Shown here one piece after another: positions 11,196 to 22,700 of a stretch of 64,000 nucleotides of DNA; position 1 is the first letter of the stretch; each line of letters opens with the position of its first letter. The notes beneath the pieces are model-generated. The model saw only the letters and a program-made list of their open reading frames with translations, did no database searches and had not been told where the DNA came from. This DNA comes from Acidobacteriota bacterium (lineage in GTDB: Bacteria; Acidobacteriota; Blastocatellia; RBC074). The DNA is taken from positions 21,148-85,147 of the forward strand of contig JAHBSF010000008.1 in NCBI GenBank assembly GCA_019639255.1, in the 5' to 3' direction. The position numbers and the translations under genes were made by a program.

Positions 11196-11340
11196 CAGCA
11201 ATACCCGGTTTAGAAAGAAAGAGAGATAACGGAACAAACGAAATGATACGAAAATTACCGAAAAGTCGAATATTTCCGTTTGTTCCGTCTTATTTCGTTT
11301 GTTCCGTTATCTCTCTTTCTTTCTAAACCGGGTATTGCTG
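11196..11340. repeat. Family-1 element (copy 4) with ~25-bp copy-specific extended palindromic flanks
   Basis: cagcaatacccggtttagaaagaaagagagataacgg ... ccgttatctctctttctttctaaaccgggtattgctg. The inverted repeat extends well beyond the family core. Confidence 0.9.
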
Positions 11341-11353
11341 ACTTCAGACAAGG

Positions 11354-14300
11354 TTGCCCATGCTAAATCTCACCCCGCTTCGCATACTCTCACTCGGCCT
11401 GTTTATCGTCGCCGCACTGCTCGCCTCCGGCGTCGTAGTCGCGCGGCAGGGGCAGACCCCGCAGGTCGTCACGGTTTCGGCAGCCGACTTCCAGGCGCGG
11501 ATTGCGCCCGATTCGATCGTAGCAACTTTCGGCGCGGGGCTTTCCACAACAACACTCGCCGCAGAATCGCTGCCGCTGCCCACTGAACTCGGCGGCACTA
11601 CCGTAACGGTCAGAGATTCGCAGGGGCGCGATTTTGCGGCGCCGCTGCTGTTTGTATCGCCCGCGCAGATCAACCATCTGATTCCGGGCGATGCGGCGCC
11701 GGGTGCGGCGCAAATAACGGTGCGTTCGGGGAATGGTTCGGTCGTTTCGGGTGCGATCCAGATCGTATTGGTTGCTCCGGCTATTTTCACTGCAAATCAG
11801 GATGGGCGCGGAGCGCCCGCGGCTATGGTGCTGCGCGTTGGGGCCGACGGCCGCCAGACCAACGAATCGCCCTCGATAATCGTCAACGGCAGGTTCATTC
11901 CGCGTCCGGTCGATCTGGGACCCGAGGACGAGAGGGTTTTTCTTGTTCTCTTTCTCACCGGGCTGCGCAACGCTCCGAATACGGACGGAAACAACGAAAA
12001 CGGATCGGCGGAAAATGTAAGGGTGCTGATCGGGGGCGTATTGCAGGCGCCGCTGTTTGCGGGAGCGCAGGGGAGTTTTGCCGGGCTGGATCAGGTGAAC
12101 GTAGAGATTCCGAGAACGCTGCTGGATCCTTCGCTGCCCGGCAGCCGGCAGATAAACGTTTCGTTAAAGGCGCCCGGGTTTACGGATTCCAACGAAGTAG
12201 AAATTGCGCTGGCTCCCGTTGCGGGTTCGGCCCTGGCGATAACCGGATTCGATGCGCCGCCGCAGGTGCTGGCGCATTCAGAAATTCAGCTCAACGGCGC
12301 CGGGATTTCCCCCGTGGTTTCCCGCAACAAGATAAGTTTCGGCGAAGGCGCGGGCGATGCGCGCCCCGGAGAAATCCGTGCGGCTTCCGCAACGCAGTTA
12401 TCGGCTTTGGTTCCCTTCGGCGCGGTTTCGGGACTTATTTCAGTCAATTCTGACGGCAGGAGCTGGACCAGCGAATCGCCGCTCGCGGTAAGAACATCCG
12501 TCAGCGCGCTTGTGCTCGACACCGACGGTCAGCCGTTTTCGCCGCTTTTCGGAGGGCGCGTATGTTTTCCGAACTGCTCGGCCGGCAGTTCGATCACCCA
12601 GATTCAGAGGGGCGGGTGGTTCGTTTTGCCGGATCCGCCTCCGGGCAATCGCCGCATATTCGTCATCGAGGCGCCGACCCAACCCGGGGCGCTTGCCTTC
12701 AACAGGACGACGATTTCATCGCCGATAGTCGCCGACCGGGACAATCCATTGCCGCAGCAGGTTTATCTGCAAGCCATCTACGGTCCCAGCGCAGCGATTG
12801 GAAGTTCAAGCGGTTTCAAACAGGCGCGCGAGGTGCGACAAACCCAGGTTCCGAAGGTCAGTCTCTCGATCGAAGGGTTTAATTTCACGCTGCCCGTAGA
12901 TGCGGATGCGACATTTCCCGACGGAACGAAGTCGGGAGTGCTGACGCTGACTCCGGTGAAAAACAGCCTGACTCCCGTACCGATGCCTCCGGCGATTTTC
13001 AGCTCCGCCGTAGTCCAGATTTCGCCCTTCGGCGTCGCGCTCCAGCCCGGAGGCGCTTTAACCTTCCCGAATCGGGACGGACTCGGACCCAATCCCGCTC
13101 CGACGCTTTTCAAATACGATATCAACAACGCAAGTTTCATAGACACCGGAATCAGGGCGGAACTGAGCGAGGACGGCAGATACTTCACCACACCCGATGG
13201 AGCGATCACCGAGACGAGCATTTATTTTGTAGCGGTAAAGCAGAAAACCACTACGATCGCGGGACGCGTACTTGAAAGCGACGACTCAACGCCGGTCAAG
13301 GGCGTCGTAGTCTCGGCGCGGGGTCGTTTCGCCACAACCGACGGCAATGGAGGGTACAGTCTGGCGCAGGTTCCGACCGGTGAAATTGATGAGTCCGAAG
13401 CGGCCCCGGCGCTGCACGGCGTTCATCAACGGGGGGCTGCCCTTTCGTCAAACGCACCCATCATTCTGCTGGCGAATTATTTGCGACCGAGCGGGCGAGC
13501 CGATACGACGATGCGCAACATTTCAAACCCCGTAACCGGGGGCATTACGGACGTGTCGCCGCTGCTGCTGCCGCCGCTTGATTCCAACCGCCCGCCGTCC
13601 ATAAACGTTGCAGGATACCTGACGATTTACGCAACCGAAACCCGGCAACTGCCCGTGCTCGTCACCGAACTTGACGACGGCCAGATGGTTGGCGATGTAA
13701 CGGTCGGCGGCGCGGACTTCGCTGCGCTCGAAGATGAAGGCGGCGGAGTATATTCGCTGCGGCTCTCACCTCAAACAAGCGATGTAGGTCAGCGTTTGCT
13801 TACCATAACCGCGACGGATTCAGAGGGCGGATCGACGAGCATCGATGTTACGGTCATCGTATTTCCGTTGCCTGCCGCCGCAGGGCAGACGAAAACGACG
13901 ACTCCCGATACTCCGGTTGCAATCGCGCTTCAGGGCATCGATGCGGATAACCTGCCGCTCACCTTTGCAATCGTTTCGCCGCCCGCCAACGGAACGCTTT
14001 CCGGCGCTCCTCCGGAAGTGATTTACACGCCCGGGGCGGGGTTTCTCGGAACCGACAGCTTCACCTTCAAGGCGAGCAACGGAATAGTCGAGGGGCCGCC
14101 GGCGGCGGTCACGATCAATGTCATCGATGCTGCGCCGGTGATTCAGGCGCTGTCGCCGGCATCGGTCGTCACAATCGACGGGGCTTTTGAATTGAAGGTG
14201 TTCGGAGAGGGATTTGCTCCGGGAGCCATGGTCAGATTCAACGGCGCTGCGCGGCAGACTACTTTTATTTCTGAAAACGAGGTGCGAGCGCAGATCACGG

Positions 14301-16486
14301 AAGAAGACGTTGCCAAGGCCGGCGCGGCGCCGGTCACGGTATTCAATCCCGCGCAGGTCGGGGGCGAATCAAACCTGCTGATTTTCACCATTCTCAATCC
14401 CGAACCAATCATCGAAAGCCTGATGCCCGACGCCGCGATATCCGAACACGACGGGTTTTTCCTGACCGTCAAGGGAATTCGTTTTACGGCCGGCTCTATC
14501 GTCTTCTGGAACGGCGCTCCGCGCTTTACGGAGTTTCTGGACAGCTCTACCCTGCTGGTTACGATCCCGACAAGCGATATCGCCGCCGCAGGCATCGTTC
14601 AGGTCACGGCAAACAATCCCGAACCCGGCGGCGGGGTATCGAATGCAAAGAACTTCACCATCAACAATCCGCTTCCGGTGCTTGCCTCGATCGATCCGAC
14701 AACGGCCAATGCAGGCGACCCGGCGTTGGTCCTGACCGTTACCGGAATGGATTTCAGGCCGCCGTCCGTTGTACGCATCAACGGCAGCGACCGGCCAACA
14801 ATCTATATAAGCTCCACAATGCTGACGGCGCAGATTGCAGCCGGCGATTTAATCGACGGGGGCGGCTACAGCATAACCGTATTCACGCCGGGCCCCGGGG
14901 GAGGCATATCCGAGCCGCAAACGCTGACGGTTTACAATCTGGATCCGCTCATCTCGTATGTCAGCAGGGCGTCAACTGAAATACCGCACTACGAGCCGCT
15001 GTTTACAGAAATAACCTATCAGGTAATCGGGTCACATTTTGTACCCTCATCGAAGGTCAAATGGGACGGCAACGAACGGCCGACAACCTATATAAGTTCG
15101 ACCCAGCTTTTGTTTCAGGCGCCCGTAATCCCTATAGGAGATGCCAACCGGGCGCATCCTGTAAAAGTAATCAACCCCGAGCCGGGAGGCGGAGAATCCA
15201 ACGCAGGAGTGGCGTTGGGACTTGATACCCTGAATCCGGAGATCCTGAGCGCCAACCCGGCATCCGCCGTAGCCGGCGGCCCCGACTTTACACTGGCGAT
15301 CGAGGGCAACAACTTTACGCCCGGATCGGTACTGAACTGGAACGGCAATCCGCGCCCCACTACCGTTACGGATACGAAACATCTGACGGCGGTGATTCCG
15401 GCATCGGACATCAGCGCATCGACTACCGCCGTATTGACGGTAACAAATCCTGCGCCTGTCCACCGAACTTCGAATCTTGTGAACTTCGCCGTCATTCCGC
15501 AACCGACGCCGCCCGGCGATGCGTTCCACGGCATTGAACTCGCGGCGCCTGCGGTAGTCATACTGCCGGGCGGCGATGCACTGCTTTTGGGCGGATTAAC
15601 GGCAAATACGCGGGAACCTTCGGCGGATGTGGACTTCTACAACCCCGCAACCGGACAAAGGGACTTCGCACCGCCGATGACCCGCGCTCGGGCCGGACAT
15701 ACGGCAACGCTGCTTGCATCCGGAGAAATCCTTGTCGTGGGCGGCATAGGAGTTGTCCCGGAAACGGATTCCAGTGCTGAAATTTATGATCCTGCGACCG
15801 GCGCCTGGCGAAGCGCAGCCGCGCCGCGGTTTGCGCACGTTGCACACACCTCGATTCCGCTTCGGGACGGAAGGATACTCGTCATCGGCGGAATGGATGA
15901 AAAGGGTGAAATCGGCAGCCGTGCTGAAATATATGACCCGGTCGCCGATCAATGGATGCCGGCAAGTGCGATGCTTGCCGGGCGCGCCGCAGCGACGGCG
16001 GTTCTGCTCGATGATGGACGTGTGCTTGTGGCCGGCGGTATCGGCGATGACGGATCGCTTGCCGTTTCCGAAATCTATGATCCGCAAACCGGCGTCTGGA
16101 CCTCAACCGGCGAATTGCATCTTGCGCGCCTCGGACACACTATGACGCGCCTTTCGGATGGCCGTGTATTGATCGCAGGAGGAACGGGCGAAGCCGCCGC
16201 GACGACATCCGAGGTATATGACCCATTGAGAGGAGACTGGGAATTTGCCGGGAATCCCGGAATCGGGCGCATGGCGCACAGCGCGATGCTGCTCCGGGAC
16301 GGACGCGTAATGATTACGGGCGGCAGGGACACGGCCGGACGCCTGCTGCGCGAGTGCGAAATTTATGACCCCCAAACCCGCTTGTGGGTCGAGGCCGCAC
16401 GACTATCGGAGCCTCGCGCCGGACATACTTCAATCCTGTCAGGCGACGGACGCCCCATCGCAATTGGAGGTCGAGGACTGCATTGA
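11354..16486 (+). CDS. Giant secreted surface protein with repeated IPT/TIG-like Ig domains, a Cna-B/carboxypeptidase-regulatory-like domain and a C-terminal Kelch-type beta-propeller
   Basis: Signal peptide MPMLNLTPLRILSLGLFIVAALLA. At least 8 repeats of ~90 aa ending ...NP(E/G)PGGG(E/V)SN (IPT/TIG-like). Cna-B-like region TTIAGRVLESDDSTPVKGVVVSARGRFATTDGNGGYSL. Six Kelch-like blades (GEILVVGG, DGRILVIGG, DGRVLVAGG and similar) at the C-terminus. Confidence 0.8.
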   Translation: MPMLNLTPLRILSLGLFIVAALLASGVVVARQGQTPQVVTVSAADFQARIAPDSIVATFGAGLSTTTLAAESLPLPTELGGTTVTVRDSQGRDFAAPLLFVSPAQINHLIPGDAAPGAAQITVRSGNGSVVSGAIQIVLVAPAIFTANQDGRGAPAAMVLRVGADGRQTNESPSIIVNGRFIPRPVDLGPEDERVFLVLFLTGLRNAPNTDGNNENGSAENVRVLIGGVLQAPLFAGAQGSFAGLDQVNVEIPRTLLDPSLPGSRQINVSLKAPGFTDSNEVEIALAPVAGSALAITGFDAPPQVLAHSEIQLNGAGISPVVSRNKISFGEGAGDARPGEIRAASATQLSALVPFGAVSGLISVNSDGRSWTSESPLAVRTSVSALVLDTDGQPFSPLFGGRVCFPNCSAGSSITQIQRGGWFVLPDPPPGNRRIFVIEAPTQPGALAFNRTTISSPIVADRDNPLPQQVYLQAIYGPSAAIGSSSGFKQAREVRQTQVPKVSLSIEGFNFTLPVDADATFPDGTKSGVLTLTPVKNSLTPVPMPPAIFSSAVVQISPFGVALQPGGALTFPNRDGLGPNPAPTLFKYDINNASFIDTGIRAELSEDGRYFTTPDGAITETSIYFVAVKQKTTTIAGRVLESDDSTPVKGVVVSARGRFATTDGNGGYSLAQVPTGEIDESEAAPALHGVHQRGAALSSNAPIILLANYLRPSGRADTTMRNISNPVTGGITDVSPLLLPPLDSNRPPSINVAGYLTIYATETRQLPVLVTELDDGQMVGDVTVGGADFAALEDEGGGVYSLRLSPQTSDVGQRLLTITATDSEGGSTSIDVTVIVFPLPAAAGQTKTTTPDTPVAIALQGIDADNLPLTFAIVSPPANGTLSGAPPEVIYTPGAGFLGTDSFTFKASNGIVEGPPAAVTINVIDAAPVIQALSPASVVTIDGAFELKVFGEGFAPGAMVRFNGAARQTTFISENEVRAQITEEDVAKAGAAPVTVFNPAQVGGESNLLIFTILNPEPIIESLMPDAAISEHDGFFLTVKGIRFTAGSIVFWNGAPRFTEFLDSSTLLVTIPTSDIAAAGIVQVTANNPEPGGGVSNAKNFTINNPLPVLASIDPTTANAGDPALVLTVTGMDFRPPSVVRINGSDRPTIYISSTMLTAQIAAGDLIDGGGYSITVFTPGPGGGISEPQTLTVYNLDPLISYVSRASTEIPHYEPLFTEITYQVIGSHFVPSSKVKWDGNERPTTYISSTQLLFQAPVIPIGDANRAHPVKVINPEPGGGESNAGVALGLDTLNPEILSANPASAVAGGPDFTLAIEGNNFTPGSVLNWNGNPRPTTVTDTKHLTAVIPASDISASTTAVLTVTNPAPVHRTSNLVNFAVIPQPTPPGDAFHGIELAAPAVVILPGGDALLLGGLTANTREPSADVDFYNPATGQRDFAPPMTRARAGHTATLLASGEILVVGGIGVVPETDSSAEIYDPATGAWRSAAAPRFAHVAHTSIPLRDGRILVIGGMDEKGEIGSRAEIYDPVADQWMPASAMLAGRAAATAVLLDDGRVLVAGGIGDDGSLAVSEIYDPQTGVWTSTGELHLARLGHTMTRLSDGRVLIAGGTGEAAATTSEVYDPLRGDWEFAGNPGIGRMAHSAMLLRDGRVMITGGRDTAGRLLRECEIYDPQTRLWVEAARLSEPRAGHTSILSGDGRPIAIGGRGLH

Positions 16487-16496
16487 CGCCCTTCAC

Positions 16497-16600
16497 CAAA
16501 AGAGAGATAACGGAACAAACGAAATTAGACGGAACAAACGGAAATATTCAACTTTTCCGTAATTTTCGTTTCATTTCGTTTGTTCCGTTATCTCTCTTTT
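16497..16600. repeat. Family-1 palindromic intergenic element (copy 5)
   Basis: aaaagagagataacggaacaaacgaaattagacggaacaaacggaaatattcaacttttccgtaattttcgtttcatttcgtttgttccgttatctctcttttc. Confidence 0.9.
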
Positions 16601-16758
16601 CTCCCAAACCGAGAATTGCCGCTGGCTGATATTCATTGGCCCCTTCGGAGAGTAATCAAGGAACTTAATTTCCAGTGTACCAAAGGGTCTAAAGGGTCCC
16701 AACGAGGGTAATTTCAATGCCTATTCCAATTCAGATACGGGGAAGCGCACACCAATCG

Positions 16759-19700
16759 ATGCGGCGCCAGACCTGGAAGAAGTATTTCTATGCTGGAATT
16801 ATCCTCCCATTAATCTCAGCCATTGCGTCGACAACGCCGGGTATTTCGGCTCGCGCTGTTCAATCCTCACAGGTTGTAACGGTTTCGGCAGCCGACTTCC
16901 AGGCGCGGATTGCGCCTGATTCGATCGTAGCAACTTTCGGCGCGGGGCTTTCCACAACAACGCTCGCCGCAGAATCGCTGCCGCTTCCGACCGAACTCGG
17001 CGGCACTACGGTAACGGTCAGAGATTCACAGGGGCGCGATTTTGCGGCGCCGCTGCTGTTTGTATCGCCCGCGCAGATCAACCACATCATTCCCGCCGAT
17101 GCCGTTCCCGGCGCGGCGCAGATAACGGTGCGTTCGGGGAATGGTTCGGTCGTTTCGGGTGCGATCCAGATTGCATCGGTCGCTCCAGCCATATTCACTG
17201 CAAATCAGGACGGGCGCGGAGCGCCTGCTGCGACCGCATTGCGCCTGGCCGCCGATGGTGAACAGACATCCGAACCGGTTGAGACCTTTGCCGACGGCAG
17301 ATTCATCCCGCGCCCGATCAACCTCGGGCCGGATGACGAACGCGTATTTCTTATTCTCTTCCTGTCGGGATTGCGCCGCACCCCGAATACCGACGGCAAC
17401 AACGACAACGGATCGGCGGAAAATGTAAGTGTGCTGATCGGGGGCGTATTGCAGGCGCCGCTGTTTGCGGGAGCGCAGGGGAGTTTTGCCGGGCTGGATC
17501 AGGTAAACGTAGAGATTCCGCGCCAGTTGCTGGATGCAACGTTGCCGGGCAGCAAACAGATCAACATATCGGTCCAGGTTTCGGGCTTTTCCGGATCGAA
17601 CGAGGTGGAAATCGCGCTGGCTCCGCCCACAGCGCCCCCGCTCGAAGTCACCGGCTTCAATGCGCCCGCGCAACTGCTCGCCAACTCCGGCATACAGATC
17701 CTCGGCAGCGGACTCGATCCGGAAGCGGCAAACAACCGCGTAAGCTTCGGCGAGGGCACCGGGGATGTCCGCCCCGGCGAAGTGCGCACGGCGAGTTCAT
17801 CCGACCTCTCGGTGATCGTCCCGTTCGGCGCCGTAAGCGGCAGGATCGCGCTCAACTCCGACGGGCGCAGGTGGACAAGCGATCAGGAACTGCAGGTGAG
17901 AACCTCCTTCAGCGCCCAGATCAAGGATACCGAGGGGCAACCTCTGTCGTCCGTGCTCGGCGCGCGCGTATGCGCACCCGACTGCACGGGAAACAATCCT
18001 TCAACGAATATTCAGACCGGCGGGTGGTTTGTGCTGCCCGACCCGCTGCCCGGTGCGCGGCGCGTATTTTCCATCGAACCTCCCCAAACCGCGGGCGCGC
18101 TGCCGTTCAACCGCATTACGGTCGCATCGCAGGTCATCGCCGGCCGCGACAACCACCTGCCGCAGGAAATCTACATTCAGACCATTTACGGACCGAGCGG
18201 AACCATCGGAAGCAGCTTCGCCGGAAACAGCCCGCCCGGTAATACGGCGGCGGCCGGTGCATCCACCTCAACCGTAAAGCAGACGGCGCAGGGAAACGCG
18301 TTTAGTCTGGCGATCGAGGGATTCCGCTTTACGCTGCCCGCAGGCGCCACGGCGATGTTTCCAAACGGCGCGACAAACGGCCAGGTCACGTTGACGCCGG
18401 TAAAAAACAGCCTGACTCCGGTGCCGATGCCGCCGAATGTTTTCAGCTCCGCCGTAGTCCAGATTTCGCCCTTCGGCGTCAAACTTGCACCCGGTGGAAA
18501 GCTGTTCTTTCCCAACCGCGACGGATTCGGCACGCAGGTCATTCCGACGCTCTATAAATACGATCTGGAATCCGCCGCATTCATCGACACCGGAATAAGG
18601 GTGACGATAGGCGATCAGGGCGTACTCGAAACGCCCGACGGCGCAATCACAGAAACGAGCATATATTTCCTGGCCGTGCGCCGCGAATCTACGACGATCG
18701 TGGGCCGCGTATTTGACGGCGACGGGCGCACGCCGGTGCGTGGAGCTGTGGTTTCCACGCGCGGACAACAGGCCGTTACCGACGGCAACGGCGGATACAT
18801 ACTCTCTTCGGTGCCCGTAGGCGATAGCGCAGATATTGGACCATTCGGCGGAGCCAACGCCGGAGCCAACGCCGGAGCGCGCCCCGCAGCGCCCGCCCAG
18901 GATCAGGTGATCGTTACATCGAGTTATCTGCGGCCGAGCGGCAAGACCGATATAAGAAGCGTAACGGTCGACAATATCGACATCGGAGGCGTAACGCAGG
19001 CGCCCGCAATAGTGCTGCCGCCGGCTGCGAGCAACCGCCCGCCCGTAATATATGCGCCCGGACACCTGACGCTTTATTCCGACGAGATGCTGGAGGCAAC
19101 CGTCACGGTAGACGATCCCGACCCCAACCAGACCATAGCATCTGCAACCGTGACCGGAGCCTCATTCGCATCGCTTGCAGCAGCGGGATCGGGATCATAC
19201 ACGCTGAGACTCGCTCCCACGCCGGCCGATACAGGAACACATACGCTGACGATCACGGCCGCCGACAGCGCGGGCGCAAGCGCGTCGTTTCAGGCTACGA
19301 TCATCGTCTTCCCCCCGCCTGCGGCCAATGCGCTCGCCGTTTCTACAAACGAGGATACGCCTCTTGCGATAGTCCTGCCCGGCAGCGGCGGAAACGGCTC
19401 GCCGCTGGTCTTTACCATCGTTGAAGCACCGATGCACGGAGTGCTTGCGGGCGCGCCGCCCAATCTGGTTTACACACCGAATCAGGATTACATCGGCGCC
19501 GACGGCTTCCGCTTCCAGACAAGCGACGGAACGAGGACGAGCGCGCCTGCGACCGTGACGATTACGATAAATGACGTAAACGACCCGCCTCAACTTACCG
19601 TTACGTGTTCGGTGCAGGGCAACATTACGACCGGCACGCCGATTACCTGTCAGGTTTCGGCGTCCGATCCGGACGTGGGGCAGTTTCTGCTAATTTCAGC

Positions 19701-22700
19701 CGATAATCTGCCGGCGGGGGCCACGTTTGATCCGGATACGGGGCTGTTCGCCTGGACGCCGGGGCCGGACCAGGCAGGCAGCCACTCGGTCACCTTCAAG
19801 GTCATAGACAGCGGAACGCCGCCGCTCACGGATCTGAAGACCGTAGGGTTTTTCGTATTCAATGCGCAACCGGTCATCACGTCGCTGCAGCCCGCGATGG
19901 CGACGATTTTACAGGAACCGATGATCCTGACTGTTACTGGGCAGGGCTTCGTGCTGGGTTCCGAAGTGCGGTGGAACGGCTCGCCGCGTGATACGAGTTT
20001 CCTCGGCACGACGCAACTCCATGCGCTCATACAGCCCGACGATCTGACGACGATCGGCACAGTGGTCGTGACGGTATTCAACCCGGGGCCCGGCGGCGGA
20101 TTGTCGGCTGCGGTCAACTATTCGATAGTAAATCCCGTGCCCACGATCGCAGGGTTTCTCAGCGTTACTCCGCCTTTTAATTTCATGTTTTTTGAATCGG
20201 GGATGCTGCTGGTCGGGACGGGATTTGTGCCCGGTTCAGTGGCGCGATGGGACGGAGTAGACCGCCCGACGAGTTACGTCAGTCCGACGCAACTGGGAAT
20301 ATCGATACCGATGGTACCGGTAGCCGAGGCGCTCAATACGCATTCGATAACCGTATTTAATCCCGGCCCCGGGGGAGGCGAATCGAACGCGCTCACCGGG
20401 TTTTCGGTTTCGAACAATCCGGGGACCATCTTTTTCACTGATCCGGAATCGGTCGATGCCGGAAGCGGGGAGTTCCAGCTTACGATATTTGGAGGAGGGT
20501 TCGTCCCAGGTGCGACGGCGAACTGGAACGGCAGTCCGAGGCCGACCGGCCCGGTTTCGCTCGCATTCGGCGGAGCAGGCACACAGTTGACGGTAACGAT
20601 TTCAGCCGAGGACGTGGCTGAGGGTGGATTTGGGATGCTGACAGTTACCAATCCGCCGCCGTTTGACAATACCTCCGCCCCGTTCGCATTCCCGATCAAT
20701 CTGCCGCAGCCCGTACTGACGACCGCCGAGCCCCCATCTGTGCCGGAATTCCAGTATCTCTTCACCGAAGAGGAAATCAGCCTCGGAGGCGCAGGCTTCA
20801 CTCCTCAATCCGTGGTGCGATGGGACGGCGACGACCGGCCCACGACATACATAAGCTCGGCCCAACTCACATTTACAGCACCCATAATTCCCGTATCGGA
20901 AGCCCTGAGTTTTCACGATATCAGGGTATTCAATCCGCTGCCGGGAGGGGGGCTGTCGGATCCGCTGTTTTTCCTCCCGCTCAGCAACACGCCGCCGTCG
21001 ATCTCTATGGTAACGCCCGGTTCCGCCACTGCGGGAGGGCCGGGTTTCGAACTCACGGTTACCGGCTCGTACTTCGCACCCGGAGCAGTACTGAACTGGA
21101 ACGGCAGTCCGCGGCCGACCACGGTTTCAAGCTCTACCGAACTCACGGCTACTATTTCGGCTGCGGATATCATGACGGCGGGCATGGCGAGTTTGACCGT
21201 ATTGAATCCCGTACCCCTTGCTACAATCTCCACTATCTTTCCGTTTACGATTCATCCGCAGCCGACCATCTCCGCACTCGGCCCGGATTCCGTTACGCTG
21301 ACGATTCCGTCGCAGGAGTTGGAGATTTGGGTTTTCGGGGCGAACTTCCTCCCGCAGACGGTTATCCACTTTGACGGCTCTCCGGTTCCGACCACATACC
21401 TGGACGATATGACGATGTCGTTCGTCCGGCCGCCCATCACGGACAGCCAGGCCGGGTTCTATAACGTCACGGCGGTAAATCCTGCGCCGGTGACTCCTTC
21501 GTCGCCCGTAGTATTTACGGTCTTCAACCCGGGTACGCTGATCGATAACCTGGACCCGATGTTTGCCGATCTGGGCGGTCCTGCGTTTACTCTGGCGGTT
21601 TCCGGAAACGGGTTTGTGCAGGAGTCGGTAGTGCGATGGAACGGCAGCGACCGGCCGACGACGTACTTTTCAAAAAACTTTCTGGAGGCCGAGATCCCGG
21701 CAGAGGATCTTTCATCTCCCGGGTTTGTTGGGATAACGGTATTCAATCCGGCGCCGGGCGGCGGCGAGTCGATGCCCGTTGATTTCTTCATCGGGGCTCC
21801 ATTTACCTTCACGGGCAGCGAGCCTGCCGCAGCCGGTCTACCCGGGGGCGAAGTGCTGCTTGCAGGAGGCAGGGACGAAAACAGTCATACGCCGATTGCG
21901 CGGGTCGAGATATTCAGCCCCGCGACCGGTATACTGCAAGCCGCATCGCCGATGTTTGCACCGCGGGCCGGACATACGGCGACGGCGCTCGCCACCGGAG
22001 AAGTACTGGTCATCGGCGGTCTCGGCGCATCCGACGAGCGACAGACTGCGGCGCAGAGCGCAGAGATTTACGATCCCTCGACGGGTGCGTGGCGGCGCGC
22101 ATCGGCTCCGAACTTCGCGCACATATCGCATACGGCTACGCTGATGGCGGACGGCCGCGTGCTTGTAGCGGGCGGAATGGATGAAACCCTTGCCCTGAGC
22201 CGGCGCGCGGAAATCTACGATCCGGCCTCGGACGTATGGACCGAAGCTGTAGCTTTAACAACGCAGCGCGCGTCAGCCAAGGCATTGCTGCTTGATGACG
22301 GGCGCGTGCTGGTTGCGGGCGGCGCAGGTGAGGGCGGCGATCTTGCAGGCGTCGAAATTTATGACGCGCAGGCAGATGCCTGGACGCAGGCAAGCGATAT
22401 GAATTTGGCCCGCTCCGGGCATACGTTGACGCTTATACCGGGCGGCGGCGTGCTTGCCGTAGGAGGAAAACAGCAGGATGCCGCCGCAGTCGCGGAAATC
22501 TACGATCCGGCCGCAAACGCGTGGGAAGCGTCGGGAAGATTAACGGTTGCGCGCAGCGCTCACAGCGCAACGCCTCTTGCGAACGGGCGAGTACTGGTTG
22601 CGGGCGGGCGCGGCGTGGACGGGCGGCTGCTCGATGAATGCGAAGTTTACGATCCGCAGAAAGCGGCGTGGTCCGAAGCGCCGCGATTGAAGGAACCCAG

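Noticed and set aside
11141-11326. Small ORFs spanning family-1 elements (for example 11141-11326, 16384-16629, 22647-22853, 26646-26942, 36952-37182, 41227-41943) giving peptides with RDNGTNE / FRLFRYLS motifs
   Set aside because: They are translations of the repeated palindromic element in various frames. The same pseudo-peptides recur wherever the element occurs, on both strands.
11344-11790. ORFs 11344-11790(-) and 16860-17198(-) with near-identical sequences
   Set aside because: They mirror the duplicated N-terminal block of the two giant genes on the opposite strand. Their conservation is explained by the + strand genes.
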